Made by a program: the position numbers and the translations under genes
Notes under the pieces: generated by a model
Databases searched by the model: none
What the model was told of the DNA's origin: nothing
Seen by the model: the letters and a program-made list of their open reading frames with translations, nothing else
Part shown: positions 26,960 through 40,581 of the stretch, piece after piece
How the letters are laid out: each line of letters starts with the position of its first letter
Numbering within the stretch: position 1 is the first letter of the stretch
Origin: Pristiophorus japonicus
Taxonomy: Eukaryota
Assembly: GCF_044704955.1 (NCBI RefSeq)
Contig: NC_091997.1
Location: forward strand, 62,372,001 to 62,436,000
Direction: 5' to 3'
DNA length: 64,000 bases

Positions 26960-27735
26960 ACCAGTACCCATCCCCCGTATGACCAGTACCCATCCCCCGT
27001 GTGACCCGTGCCCCCTGCCCGTGTGACCAGTACCCATCCCCCGTGTGACCTCTGCCCCCTCCGTGTGACCAGTACCCATCCCCCGTGTGACCAGTGGCCC
27101 CCCCATGTGACCAGTGGCCCCCCCATGTGACCAGTGGCCCCCCCATGTGACCAGTGGCCCCCCGTGTGACCTCTGCCCCCGTGTGACCTCTGCCCCCGTG
27201 TGACCTCTGCCCCCGTGTGACCTCTGCCCCCGTGTGACCTCTGCCCCCGTGTGACCTCTGCCCCCGTGTGACCTCTGCCCCCGTGTGACCTCTGCCCCCG
27301 TGTGACCTCTGCCCCCCGTGTGACCTCTGCCCCCCGTGTGACCTCTGCCCCCCGTGTGACCTCTGCCCCCCGTGTGACCTCTGCCCCCCGTGTGACCTCT
27401 GCCCCCCGTGTGACCTCTGCCCCCCGTGTGACCTCTGCCCCCGTGTGACCTCTGCCCCCCGTGTGACCTCTGCCCCCCGTGTGACCTCTGCCCCGTGTGA
27501 CCTCTGCCCCCGTGTGACCTCTGCCCCCCCTGTGACCTCTGCCCCCCCTGTGACCAGTGGCCCCCCCCCTGTGACCAGTGCCCCCCCCCTGTGACCAGTG
27601 GCCCCCCCGTGTGACCAGTGGCCCCCCCCGTGTGACCAGTGCCCCCCCCCCCGTGTGACCAGTGCCCCCCCCCCCTTGTGACCAGTGCCCCCCCCCCGTG
27701 TGACCTCTGCCCCCCCCCCCTGTGTGACCAGTGGC
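26960..27735. repeat. Minisatellite, 17-18-bp core (gtgtgacctctgccccc)
   Basis: About 40 copies with variable C-runs. Confidence 0.96.
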
Positions 27736-27934
27736 AAGCCAGAGCTGAACCTGACTATTAAAGGATTTACATTTTGAAATGTAGGCACCACAGCCTATAG
27801 ACTTTGCAGTGATTTTTCATGTGTTTTTCTTGTATTTTTGCCAAGTCTGTATTTTTTAGTTACTCTTCCCGTTTCTGCTCCTCTCCTCTCCTGAAGGAGC
27901 TGGTGCCTAATCTTCTTTTAGATGCCTAAAAGTA

Positions 27935-28926
27935 TTTTGTACAGTTTTGGTCTCCTTACCTAAGGAAGGATATACCTGCCATAGAGGGAGTGCAACAAAG
28001 GTTCACCAGATTGATTCCTGGGATGGAGGGATTGCCCTATGAGGAGAGATTGAGTAGACTAGGCCGATATTCTCTAGAGTTTAGAAGAATGAGAGGTGAT
28101 CTCATTGAAACATACAAAATTCTTCCAGGGCTTGATGGGGTAGATGCAGGGAGGATGTTTCCCCTGGCCAGTGAGCCAGGGGTCACTGTCTCAGAATAAG
28201 GGATCCAGCATTTAGGACTGAGATGAGGAGAAACTTCTTCACTCGGAGGGTTGTGAATCTTTGGAATTCTCTGCCCCAGAGAGCTGTGGAGGCTCAGTCT
28301 TTGAGTAGTGTCAGCTACGGCTCAGTGGGCAGCACTCGCCTCTGAGTCAGAAGGTTATGGGTTCAAGTCCCACTCCAGAAACTTGAGCACAAAAATCTAG
28401 GCTGACACTCCCAGTGCGGTGCTGAGGGCGCACTGCACTGTCGGAGGTGCTGTCTTTCGGATGAGACGTTAAACCGAGGCCCCGTCTGCTCTCTCAGGTG
28501 GACATAAAAGATCCCACGGCACTATTTCGAAGAAGAGCAGGGGAGTTCTCCCCAGTGTCCTGGCCAATATTTATCCCTCAATCAACATAACACAAAAAGA
28601 TTATCTGATCATTATCACATTGCTGTTTGTGGGAGCTTGCTGTGCATAAATTGGCTGCCACATTTACCACATTACACTCCAAAAGTACTTCATTGTCTGT
28701 AAAGTGCGATGAGACATTCGGTGGTGGTGAACGGTGCTATAGAAATGCAAGTCTTTCTTTTCTTTTCAATATTCGAGACAGAGATTGATAGCTATTTGGA
28801 TATTACGGGAATCAAGGAATATGGGGATAGTGCAGGAAAGTGGAGTTGAGGTAGAAGATCAGCCATGATTTTATTGGAGCAGGCGCGAGGGGCCGAATTG
28901 CCTACTCCTGCTCCTATTCTGTTCTT
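27935..28926 (+). mobile_element. CR1 LINE 3' fragment interrupted by a SINE
   Basis: RFTRLIPGM..YEERLSRLG; CR1 sequence breaks at ~28307 and resumes at ~28769. Confidence 0.9.
28308..28768 (+). mobile_element. Full-length tRNA-derived Deu-domain SINE (family A, SacSINE1-like)
   Basis: Pol III A-box-like ggctcagtggg, B-box ggttcaagtcc, Deu-like core gtcggaggtgctgtctttcggatgagacgttaaaccgagg, L2-like tail gctatagaaatgcaagt(cttt)n. Confidence 0.88.
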
Positions 28927-29033
28927 AAACAGTAAGTGTCAACAGTTCATGGGGTGGTACACGGCTTTGTCACAATCCACCCTGAGCCTGTCCTCACTGC
29001 ATGTCCACAGCTTCTAGTTACGTTCACTGGACA

Positions 29034-30099
29034 GTGATCGGGAGCAGGGATTGTGGGCAGTGATCGGGAGCAGGGATCGGGAGCAGGGATTGTGGGCGGT
29101 GATCGGGAGCAGGGATCGGGAGCAGGGATTGCGGGCGGTGATCGGGAGCAGGGATTGTGGGCGGTGATCGGAAGCAGGGATCGGGAGCAGGGATTGCGGG
29201 CGGTGATCGGGAGCAGGGATTGTGGGCGGTGATCGGGAGCAGGGATCGGGAGCAGGGATTGTGGGCGGTGATCGGGAGCAGGGATTGTGGGCGGTGATCG
29301 GGAGCAGGGATCGGGAGCAGGGATTGTGGGCGGTGATCGGGAGCAGGGATTGTGGGCGGTGATCGGGAGCAGGGATCGGGAGCAGGGATTGTGGCCGGTG
29401 ATCGGGAGCAGGGATTGTGGGCGGTGATCGGGAGCAGGGATTGCGGGCGGTGATCGGGAGCAGGGATTGCGGGCGGTGATCGGGAGCAGGGATCGGGAGC
29501 AGGGATTGTGGGCGGTGATCGGGAGCAGGGATTGCGGGCGGTGATCGGGAGCAGGGATTGTGGGCGGTGATCGGGAGCAGGGATTGTGGGCGGTGATCGG
29601 GAGCAGGGATTGTGGGCGGTGATCGGGAGCAGGGATCGGGAGCAGGGATTGCGGGCGGTGATCGGGAGCAGGGATTGTGGGCGGTGATCGGGAGCAGGGA
29701 TTGTGGGCGATGATCGGGAGCAGGGATTGTGGCCGGTGATCGGGAGCAGGGATCGGGAGCAGGGATTGCGGGCGGTGATCGGGAGCAGGGATTGCGGGCG
29801 GTGATCGGGAGCAGGGATTGTGGGCGGTGATCGGGAGCAGGGATTGTGGCCGGTGATCGGGAGCAGGGATCGGGAGCAGGGATTGCGGGCGGTGATCGGG
29901 AGCAGGGATTGTGGCCGGTGATCGGGAGCAGGGATCGGGAGCAGGGATTGCGGGCGGTGATCGGGAGCAGGGATCGGGAGCAGGGATTGTGGGCGGTGAT
30001 CGGGAGCAGGGATTGTGGGCGGTGATCGGGAGCAGGGATTGTGGGCGGTGATCGGGAGCAGGGATCGGGAGCAGGGATTGTGGGCGATGATCGGGAGCA
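29034..30099. repeat. Minisatellite of 13-bp subunits (gatcgggagcagg / gattgtgggcggt)
   Basis: 26- and 39-bp higher-order units; continuous with a family-B fragment at 28975-29050. Confidence 0.96.
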
Positions 30100-30734
30100 A
30101 TCTTCGCCCTTTGCCCGAGGTGCAGTGCAGGCAGGACTCTGGCCACCATCAGTTAACAGCACGGGCCCACAGTGTCAGTGAGGATTGCCGTGCTCCACTA
30201 TCTTCACTGTGACTTTCTGCCAAAGCAGAATCTGATTAACCGGTGTGAATGTGCCAGGATTGAGCCACACTGTGTGCTAATGCCAGCCTGTGTGGCAGAG
30301 AGAGTTGTACACTGGAGCTCGGTACCGCTGGCTGAGGGGGAATCAGCAGCTGTTGGTTCTCCGAGAATCACTTGGAGTTATCGGCAGCCTGACTTAATTG
30401 CAGTGAAATTCTCCACTCACCTCTTAACCTTTGTGTGTCACTCATAATAAAATACATCATCAGAATATGTCGGGAGGGCAGCTAATTATGGTGATGGAGG
30501 AACTCATCAGTCAGCTGGGACTTGTGTGGTCACATAATAATCGGTTGTGTCTCGACCGTGGATCTAATGAACAGCAGCGTCTGACCAAGTGTTGGAGACT
30601 GTCTTACTGAAGCGTTTTCAGGGTGGAAAGGTTAATGAGTTGCAGCAGAAAAACACTCTCGTTAGCATATAGTCGCAGACAGCATGTGTTTAGACAGCGG
30701 GTAATTTTATCTAATCCCAGATTTACTCAGCATC

Positions 30735-33038
30735 TTATCTATCCAAACCTCGTAAAGTGCTTCAGACAGTGAATTGCTCAGAAGTTCAGTGACGATTGCG
30801 ATGTAAACAGAAACTGTAGCAATTCTGTGCATGGTGTGAACCCACAATAGCAGTAAAATGAATGCCCAGCGAATCTGTTTTTTGCTGGTGTGGGTTAAGG
30901 GAAGAATGTTGGCCAGGACACTGGTGGGGTGCCCTGCTCCTCATCAATTAATGTCCTGGAACCATTAATATCCACCTGAAGGGCGGCAGGTTAACATCTC
31001 GCTGAGAAACGGCACCTTCCAAAGTGCAGCACTCCCTCAGCACTGCACTGTATCACTCCCTCAGCACTGCACTGTATCACTCCCTCAGCACTGCACCACA
31101 GCACTCCCTCAGCACTGCACTGTATCACTCCCTCAGCACTGCACTGTATCACTCCCTCAGCACTGCACCACAGCACTCCCTCAGCACTGCACTGTATCAC
31201 TCCCTCAGCGCTGCACTGTATCACTCCCTCAGCACTGCACCACAGCACTCCCTCAGCACTGCACTGTATCACTCCCTCAGCGCTGCACTGTATCACTCCC
31301 TCAGCACTGCACTGTATCACTCCCTCAGCACTGCACTGTATCACTCCCTCAGCACTGCACTGTATCACTCCCTCAGCGCTGCACTGTATCACTCCCTCAG
31401 CACTGCACTGCAGCACTCCCTCAGCACTGCACCACAGCACTCCCTCAGCACTGCACTGTATCACTCCCTCAGCGCTGCACTGTATCACTCCCTCAGCACT
31501 GCACCACAGCACTCCCTCAGCACTGCACTGTATCACTCCCTCAGCGCTGCACTGTATCACTCCCTCAGCACTGCACCACAGCACTCCCTCAGCACTGCAC
31601 TGTATCACTCCCTCAGCACTGCACTGTATCACTCCCTCAGCACTGCACCACAGCACTCCCTCAGTGCTGCACTGTATCACTCCCTCAGCACTGCACTGCA
31701 GCACTCCCTCAGCACTGCACCACAGCACTCCCTCAGCACTGCACTGCATCACTCCCTCAGCGCTGCACTGCATCACTCCCTCAGCACTGCACTGTATCAC
31801 TCCCTCAGCACTGTACTGCAGCACTCCCTCAGCACTGCACCACAGCACTCCCTCAGCACTGCACCACAGCACTCCCTCAGCGCTGCACTGTATCACTCCC
31901 TCAGCACTGTATCACTCCCTCAGCACTGCACTGTATCACTCCCTCAGCACTGCACTGTATCACTCCCTCAGCACTGCACTGTGTCACTCCCTCAGCACTG
32001 CACCACAGCACTCCCTCAGCACTGCATCAGCACTGCATCACTCCCTCAGCACTGCACTGTATCACTCCCTCGGCACTGCACTGCATCACTCCCTCAGCAC
32101 TGCACCACAGCACTCCCTCAGCACTGCATTACTCCCTCAGCACTGCACTGCAGCACTCCCTCAGCACCGCACTGTATCACTCCCTCAGCACTGCAGCACT
32201 CCCTCAGCACTGCAGCACTCCCTCAGCACTGCATTACTCCTTCATCACTGCACTGCATCATTCCCTCAGCACTGCAGCACTCCATCAGCACTGCATTACT
32301 CCCTCGTCACTGCACTGCATCACTCCCTCAGCACAGGACTGCATCACTCCCTCAGCACTGCATCACTCCCTCAGCACTGCATCACTCCCTCAGCACTGCA
32401 CTGTATCACTCCCTCAGCACTGCACTGTATCACTCCCTCAGCACTGCAGCACTCCCTCAGCACTGCAGCACTCCCTCAGCACTGCATTACTCCCTCATCA
32501 CTGCACTGCATCACTCCCTCAGCACTGCAGCACTCCCTCAGCACTGCACTGCATCACTCCCTCAGCACTGCACTGCATCACTCCCTCAGCACTGTATCAC
32601 TCCCTCAGCACTGCACTGTATCACTCCCTCAGCACAGGACTGCATCACTCCCTCAGCACTGCATCACTCCCTCAGCACTGTATCACTCCCTCAGCACTGC
32701 ACTGTATCACTCCCTCAGCACTGCACTGTATCACTCCCTCAGCACTGCAGCACTCCCTCAGCACTGCAGCACTCCCTCAGCACTGCAGCACTCCCTCAGC
32801 ACTGCATTACTCCCTCATCACTGCACTGCATCACTCCCTCAGCACTGCAGCACTCCCTCAGCACTGCACTGCATCACTCCCTCAGCACTGCACCACAGCA
32901 CTCCCTCAGCACTGCAGCACTCCCTCAGCACTGCACTGCAGCACTCCCTCAGCACTGCACTGTATCACTCCCTCAGCACAGGACTGCATCACTCCCTCAG
33001 CACTGCATCACTCCCTCAGCACTGCATCACTCCCTCAG
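30735..33038 (-). mobile_element. Decayed Deu-domain SINE whose hairpin segment is expanded to a 2-kb array (31024-33038, 24- and 19-bp units)
   Basis: ttggccaggacact...ccctgctc...tccacctga...ggcacc leads into (actccctcagcactgcactgtatc)n. Confidence 0.85.
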
Positions 33039-33560
33039 TTGAGATTGTCTGTTGATCCTGCAGTGGGACGCCCAGAATGATTGTTGTGGTGAATGAATGT
33101 TCTATGGAAATGATTAGCGTCAGAGAAAAGGAGCAGGATGTTTCCATGAGTCGAGAAGACAAAGTACAAACTGCACAGCCTTCAGCAAGGCCTGAGAACA
33201 GACAATAGTCCCCCCCCCCCTCCCACAGGATGCTGGATGTATGGACCAAACTTCTAGAGAAGGATCTTGATTCAGGGTGGATCGGCACCATTAAAAAGGG
33301 TCGGGTTTGATACCCGCTGACGATTGAGCATTGTACAGCTATTTAACAACGCTGCTTGGTTTTATGAGGGGAGGAAGTTAATGTTCCTTCGGGGTGGGAT
33401 TCAGCTGGGATTGTAGGCGGGAAGCCTACGATGGATGATCGGGATGGAGAGGGACTGGCTGGCCGTTCTCGCTGCACATTCTATGTTTTTATTTAGTTTG
33501 GTTTGAGCTCCGGTGGGGAAGTTGCCTGATGGGCCTGGCTGGGGTTTATGACTCACTGCG

Positions 33561-33960
33561 TCATCTTCATCATAGGCAGTCCCTCGAGTCGAGGATGACT
33601 TGCTTCCACGTCAAAAAGTTCACAAGTGTTTCACTGAAGGACCTAAAATTCCAGATCCTGAACTACATCCAGAAGGGTGGAAGATGCCTGTGCGTGGATT
33701 TTTTTAACGTGTGGTGACCGTTGCACACCAGCCACCACACGGGCTTGACGGAGCTAGGTCTTGGTCCAGTGGCAAGGGTTAACCAAGATGACTGGACACC
33801 AGCTCTGCTGCACGGACCTAGTGCCCACACATATCGCAGTGTGGGCTGGGCCGTGCTGCCCCTGGGCCCTCGCCTCTCCTGGGCCCCGATCATGTCGCTG
33901 TACAATCTCTCGCCGCTCCTGCTGTACCTGCCCACGCGCCAATCACCGACCTGGACCTTG
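33561..33960 (-). mobile_element. Non-coding element carrying an RTE 3' tail (candidate non-autonomous RTE derivative)
   Basis: catcataggcagtccctcgagtcgaggatgacttgcttccac equals the RTE tail; adjacent sequence is not RTE ORF; right boundary uncertain. Confidence 0.6.
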
Positions 33961-34240
33961 ATGACGTCCCTTTTCACTGCCGTTGTTCCCCTGCTCCAGC
34001 ACGCGCTGCTCCCTGGAGTGGTATGCTGCCATGCTGCTCCCCGGCCTGCTCCGATGGTGCTCACAAGCCGGGGGCCACAGAGCCTGCTGAGCTGGGCCAC
34101 CACTCTGCTCCTTCAGATCACTGTGTAGGACAGGACTCAACTCACAGCCTCCCACTGTGTGTAACCACACTGTAACAGGGCTCAGTAACCCTTATACAAG
34201 CTGTATACAATCCCAGGCCCAAGGCATTGCAACATGTGCC

Positions 34241-34686
34241 ACTGAGTGACCTGTCGGTGCCGGTGAGTGACCTGTCGGTGCCGGTGAGTGACCTGTCGGT
34301 GCCGGTGAGTGACCTGTCGGTGCCGGTGAGTGACCTGTCGGTGCCGGTGAGTGGCCTGTCGGTGCCGGTGAGTGGCCTGTCGGTGCCGGTGAGTGACCTG
34401 TCGGTGCCGGTGAGTGACCTGTCGGTGCCGGTGAGTGACCTGTCGGTGCCGGTGAGTGACCTGCCGGTGCCGGTGAGTGACCTGCCGGTGCCGGTGAGTG
34501 ACCTGTCGGTGCCGGTGAGTGACCTGTCGGTGCCGGAGAGTGACCTGCCGGTGCCGGAGAGTGACCTGCCGGTGCCGGTGAGTGACCTGCCGGTGCCGGT
34601 GAGTGACCTGTCGGTGCCGGTGAGTGACCTGTCGGTGCCGGTGAGTGACCAGACGGTGCCGGTGAGTGACCTGTCGGTGCCGGTGA
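34241..34686. repeat. Minisatellite, 21-bp unit (gtgagtgacctgtcggtgccg)
   Basis: About 21 copies. Confidence 0.97.
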
Positions 34687-34795
34687 ATGTGGACTACTGC
34701 AGAGTTCTGGGGTCCACAGTTCTCAAAGAATCTGGGTCAAGTTGCAGCTGCTGCCTCCCAATCGGTGTGAATTTCTTGGGGTGCAAACAGTTTAA

Positions 34796-35011
<216 letters not shown>

Positions 35012-35120
35012 TAGCACCGGGTGATGGGCATCGGGTGAACTTTGGTAACTCGCCAAGATGGTCATTTTTTATTTCGAAACTCAATACAGATTATGACGGG
35101 AGTGGAATTGGAGGGAGCTC

Positions 35121-35297
35121 GAACAGAAGAAATAGGAGCAGGAGTCGGCCATTCGGCCCCTCGATCCTGCTCCGCCATTCAATAAGATCATGGCTGATCT
35201 TCGACCTCAACTCCAGTTGCTGGCACTATCCCCATATCCCTCGATTCCCTTAATATCTGAAAATCTAATCGACCTCTGTCTTGAATATACTCACTGA
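35121..35297 (-). mobile_element. CR1 3' tail fragment
   Basis: agaaataggagcaggagtcggccattc...atcatggctgatc, reverse of the tail at 16670-16770. Confidence 0.88.
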
Positions 35298-35387
35298 CTG
35301 AGCTTCAGAATGCGTTGGACAAAGTATGTAACTGGGCAGGACAATGGCAGAAAAGGGCTGTGCAATGTGTAACTCCATGTCTTGTAG

Positions 35388-35561
<174 letters not shown>

Positions 35562-35570
35562 TGAATCCGC

Positions 35571-37910
35571 CACTGGACACTGGGCCTGACACCGTACACT
35601 GGGCCTGACACCGTACACTGGGTCTGACACCGTACACTGGGTCTGACACCGTACACTGGGTCTGACACCGTACACTGGGCCTGACACCGTACACTGGGCC
35701 TGACACCGTACACTGGGCCTGACACCGGACACTGGGCCTGACACCGGACACTGGGCCTGACACCGGACACTGGGCCTGACACCGGACACTGGGCCTGACA
35801 CCGGACACTGGGCCTGACACCGGACACTGGGCCTGACACCGGACACTGGGCCTGACACCGGACACTGGGCCTGACACCGGACACTGGGCCTGACACCGGA
35901 CACTGGGCCTGACACTGACACTGGACACTGGGCCCGACACCGTACACTGGGCCCGACACCGTACACCGGGCCCGACACCGTACACCGGGCCCGACACCGG
36001 ACACCGGGCCCGACACCGGACACCGGGCCCGGCACTGGACACCGGGCCCTGCACTGCACACCGGGCCCGTCACTGGACACCGGGCCCGTCACTGGACTCC
36101 GGGCCCGACACTGGACACCGGGCCCGACACTGGACACCGGGCCCTGCACTGGACACCGGGCCCGTCACTGGACACCGGGCCCGACACTGGACTCCGGGCC
36201 CTGCACTGGACTCCGGGCCCTGCACTGGACTCCGGGCCCTGCACTGGACTCCGGGCCCTGCACTGGACTCCGGGCCCTGCACTGGACTCCGGGCCCTGCA
36301 CTGGACTCCGGGCCCTGCACTGGACTCCGGGCCCTGCACTGGACTCCGGGCCCTGCACTGGACTCCGGGCCCTGCACTGGACTCCGGGCCCTGCACTGGA
36401 CTCCGGGCCCTGCACTGGACTCCGGGCCCTGCACTGGACTCCGGGCCCTGCACTGGACTCCGGGCCCTGCACCGGACTCCGGGCCCTGCACCGGACTCCG
36501 GGCCCTGCACCGGACTCCGGGCCCTGCACCGGACTCCGGGCCCTGCACCGGACTCCGGGCCCTGCACCGGACTCCGGGCCCTGCACCGGACTCCGGGCCC
36601 GTCACCGGACACCGGGCCCGTCACCGGACACCGGGCCCGACACCGGACTCCGGGCCCGGCACCGGACTCCGGGCCCGGCACCGGACTCCGGGCCCTGCAC
36701 CGGACTCCGGGCCCTGCACCGGACTCCGGGCCCTGCACCGGACTCCGGGCCCTGCACCGGACTCCGGGCCCTGCACCGGACTCCGGGCCCTGCACCGGAC
36801 TCCGGGCCCTGCACCGGACTCCGGGCCCTGCACCGGACTCCGGGCCCTGCACCGGACTCCGGGCCCTGCACCGGACTCCGGGCCCTGCACCGGACTCCGG
36901 GCCCTGCACCGGACTCCGGGCCCTGCACCGGACTCCGGGCCCTGCACCGGACTCCGGGCCCTGCACCGGACTCCGGGCCCTGCACCGGACTCCGGGCCCT
37001 GCACCGGACTCCGGGCCCTGCACCGGACTCCGGGCCCTGCACCGGACTCCGGGCCCTGCACCGGACTCCGGGCCCTGCACCGGACTCCGGGCCCTGCACC
37101 GGACTCCGGGCCCTGCACCGGACTCCGGGCCCTGCACCGGACTCCGGGCCCTGCACCGGACTCCGGGCCCTGCACCGGACTCCGGGCCCTGCACCGGACT
37201 CCGGGCCCTGCACCGGACTCCGGGCCCTGCACCGGACTCCGGGCCCTGCACCGGACTCCGGGCCCTGCACCGGACTCCGGGCCCTGCACCGGACTCCGGG
37301 CCCGGCACCGGACTCCGGGCCCGGCACCGGACACTGGACACCGGGCCCGGCACCGGACACTGGACACTGGACACTGGACACCGGACACTGGACACTGGAC
37401 ACCGGACACCGGACACTGGACACTGGACACCGGACACCGGACACTGGACACTGGACACTGGACACTGGACACTGGACACTGGACACTGGGCACTGGACAC
37501 TGGACACTGGACACTGGACACTGGACACCGGGCCCGACACTGGACACTGGACACCGGGCCCGGCACTGGACACTGGACACTGGACACTGGACACCGGGCC
37601 TGGCACTGGACTCCTGGTCTGACACTGGACACTGGACTCCGGGTCTGACACTGGACACTGGACTCCGGGTCTGACACTGGACACTGGACACTGGACTCCG
37701 GGTCTGACACTGGACACTGGACTCCGGGTCTGACACTGGACACTGGACTCCGGGTCTGACACTGGACACTCGACTCCGGGCCCGACACTGGACTCCGGGT
37801 CTGACACTGGACACTCGACTCCGGGCCCGACACTGGGCCCGACACTGGACTCCGGGCCCGACACTGGACTCCGGGCCTGACACTGGACACCAGGCCCGAC
37901 ACTGGACACC
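35571..37910. repeat. Compound GC-rich minisatellite (19-bp cctgcaccggactccgggc variants, 7-bp cactgga)
   Basis: About 2.3 kb, filling most of an ENTREP2 intron. Confidence 0.97.
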
Positions 37911-38094
37911 AGTCGAAGTGGGATCACACAGTAATGTTTGGAGACCGCACGATGTGTCATTCGAACATTACCCAGAGTCTCAGTTAGACATTGGACTTTT
38001 ATTAAGAACTGGGTGAGCAGTGCTGATTATTTAGGGCCAGTGGGCCATTAAATATGTTTAGTCTGCGCAGTGCTTGCTGTTTGTGCAGAGCTGA

Positions 38095-38262
<168 letters not shown>

Positions 38263-38844
38263 TAATGAGCCTGTGTGTATCGCCCTGTCTGCATACTATC
38301 CCTGCAGGAGCTGGCTCTTTACTGCCTTGCTGCGATCCATTGTATATTAAGTGAGTTTGCACAGGGTCCTCGGTCCACTCCTGCACACCGAACCAACCTC
38401 CTGCAGCTCAAATCCCTTTGCCAGTTCAGAATGCCCAGCGCAGCCTCCAGCAAAAAAAGGGAGGCAGGGCATGTTTTTTCAGTGAAGGTTTTGAGTAGTT
38501 TTGAGCCGGGGGGGGGGGGGGGGGCGCGGGGGTGGGGGAGAGGTGAGGAGTTACATAGTTTTTTGGCCGAATGAGTTAGAGTACGAGACAGTACGATGAC
38601 TCCTGATTTGATGCAATCCATCCATAGAACTCGATCTTACAATACCACAAACTCTCACTGTCTCATCAGCTGAATCGGATGTGATGGGTAGAAGTGGCCT
38701 GAAGGAAGGAGAGCCCTTTAATTCAGTCAGCTGCGAATCACAGCAAGACACTGTCCCTTTTGTGAAGTGTGTAAGTGACCCAGTTTTCTGAGCAGGCCCC
38801 AGTCCTGGTCCAAACTCTTTTACATTGTTATTAAAAGTCTCAGC

Positions 38845-39800
38845 CTTAGCTCATGGGTAACTCTCTCACCCCTAAATCAGAAGGTTGTAGGTTTAAGTCC
38901 CACTCCAGAGCCTTGCATGACACTCCAGTGCAGTACTGAGAGAGCGCCGCACTGTCGGAGGGGCAGTACTGAGGGAGTGCCGCACTGTCGGAGGGGCAGT
39001 GCTGAGGGAGTGCCGCACTGTCAGAGGGGCAGTACTGAGGGAGCGCCGCACTGTCGGAGGGGCAGTACTGAGGGAGTGCCGCACTGTCGGAGGGGCAGTA
39101 CTGAGGGTGCGTCGCACTGTCGGTGGGGCAGTACTGAGGGAGCGCCGCACTGTCGGAGGGGAAGTACTGAGGGATTCCCGCACTGTCGGAGGGGGAGTAC
39201 TGAGGGAGTGCCGCTCTATCGGAGGGGCAGTACTGAGGGAGCGCCGCACTGTCGGAGGGGAAGTACTGAGGGATTCCCGCACTGTCGGAGGGGCAGTACT
39301 GAGGGAGTGCCGCACTATCGGAGGGGCAGTACTGAGGGAGTGCCACACTGTCGGAGGGGCAGTACTGAGGGAGCGCCGCACTGTCGGAGGGGCAGTACTG
39401 AGGGAGCGCCGCACTGTCGGAGGGGCAGTACTGAGGAAGCGCCGCACTGTCGGAGGGGCAGTACTGAGGGAGTGCTGCACTGTCGGAGGGGCAGTACTGA
39501 GGGAGTGCTGCACTGTCGGAGGGGCAGTACTGAGGGAGTGCTGCACTGTCGGAGGGGCAGTACTGAGGGAGTGCTGCACTGGCGGAGCTGTCGTCTTTTG
39601 GATGAGGCCCTGTTTTCCCTCTCGGATGGATGTAAAACATCCCATAGTGCTATTCGAAGAAGAGCAGGGGAGTTATCCATGACCAAAATTTCTCCTTCAA
39701 CCAGCACCAGATCTTGTAATACCAATTCTGGCCACAGCCCGTGACTGTCCTCCGAAACCGATCCATTGGGTGTGAAGTGCTTTGAAAGGCGTTATTTAAT
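38845..39800 (+). mobile_element. Deu-domain SINE with internal ~33-bp tandem expansion (38927-39590)
   Basis: Head cagaaggttgtaggtttaagtcccactccag, array, then gtcttttggatgag...ttcgaagaagagcagggg. Confidence 0.9.
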
Positions 39801-39829
39801 AATTTATTTATTTTATTTAAACTGTCATG

Positions 39830-40029
39830 NNNNNNNNNNNNNNNNNNNNNNNNNNNNNNNNNNNNNNNNNNNNNNNNNNNNNNNNNNNNNNNNNNNNNNN
39901 NNNNNNNNNNNNNNNNNNNNNNNNNNNNNNNNNNNNNNNNNNNNNNNNNNNNNNNNNNNNNNNNNNNNNNNNNNNNNNNNNNNNNNNNNNNNNNNNNNNN
40001 NNNNNNNNNNNNNNNNNNNNNNNNNNNNN
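39830..40029. other. Assembly gap, 200 N
   Basis: Run of N with a round length, likely a placeholder size. Confidence 0.99.
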
Positions 40030-40060
40030 TCTCTCACATTCAGCACTGGACACTCAATTC

Positions 40061-40066
40061 TTTATT
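40061..40066 (-). terminator. Candidate APBA2 polyadenylation signal AATAAA
   Basis: tttatt on +, about 450 assembled bp after the stop (across a gap), followed on - by a TG-rich stretch. Confidence 0.55.
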
Positions 40067-40218
40067 GCACACCAATATCACGTGGTTGTGACTTTGTCAC
40101 TAACTTTGGAAAGAAATTGGTTCAAACTTTTGTAAAATGCAAAATATTTTGTTATTTTCCAGCACAGGTCGAGATCCGTTTTACTGCCTCAATGAAATGG
40201 CGCAGAGTCCAGTGGGGA

Positions 40219-40367
40219 NNNNNNNNNNNNNNNNNNNNNNNNNNNNNNNNNNNNNNNNNNNNNNNNNNNNNNNNNNNNNNNNNNNNNNNNNNNNNNNNNN
40301 NNNNNNNNNNNNNNNNNNNNNNNNNNNNNNNNNNNNNNNNNNNNNNNNNNNNNNNNNNNNNNNNNNN
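40219..40367. other. Assembly gap, 149 N, in the APBA2 3' UTR
   Basis: Run of N next to a CA microsatellite. Confidence 0.99.
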
Positions 40368-40509
40368 GCAGGCACACACACACACGCGATATGGGTGGCA
40401 CTGTCCCTCTGTCTTCATCCCACCGATTACCTCTTCCCACCACACAATCTTCAGCTGATCTGGTGGAGGCTCCTGCCCATGGTCCAGATGGGCCAGTTCC
40501 CTCCCACAG

Positions 40510-40581
40510 TTAGATGTATAACGGTGTTTCTTGTCCAGTCAGGAGTCGGAACATGGCTGCTGGCATCGTCTTCATGTGGAT
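40510..40581 (-). CDS. APBA2: APBA2 last coding exon (IHMKTMPAAMFRLLTGQETPLYI*)
   Basis: tag acceptor, 23 codons + TAA; C-terminus matches recalled APBA2/Mint2. Confidence 0.97.
   Translation of the reverse strand: MHMKTMPAAMFRLLTGQETPLYI

Noticed and set aside
28308-28380. tRNA-like A and B boxes
   Set aside because: SINE head without a complete cloverleaf; continues into the SINE body
28947-33055. ORFs of 301-672 aa
   Set aside because: Translations of the 13/26-bp and 24-bp arrays, with no domain content
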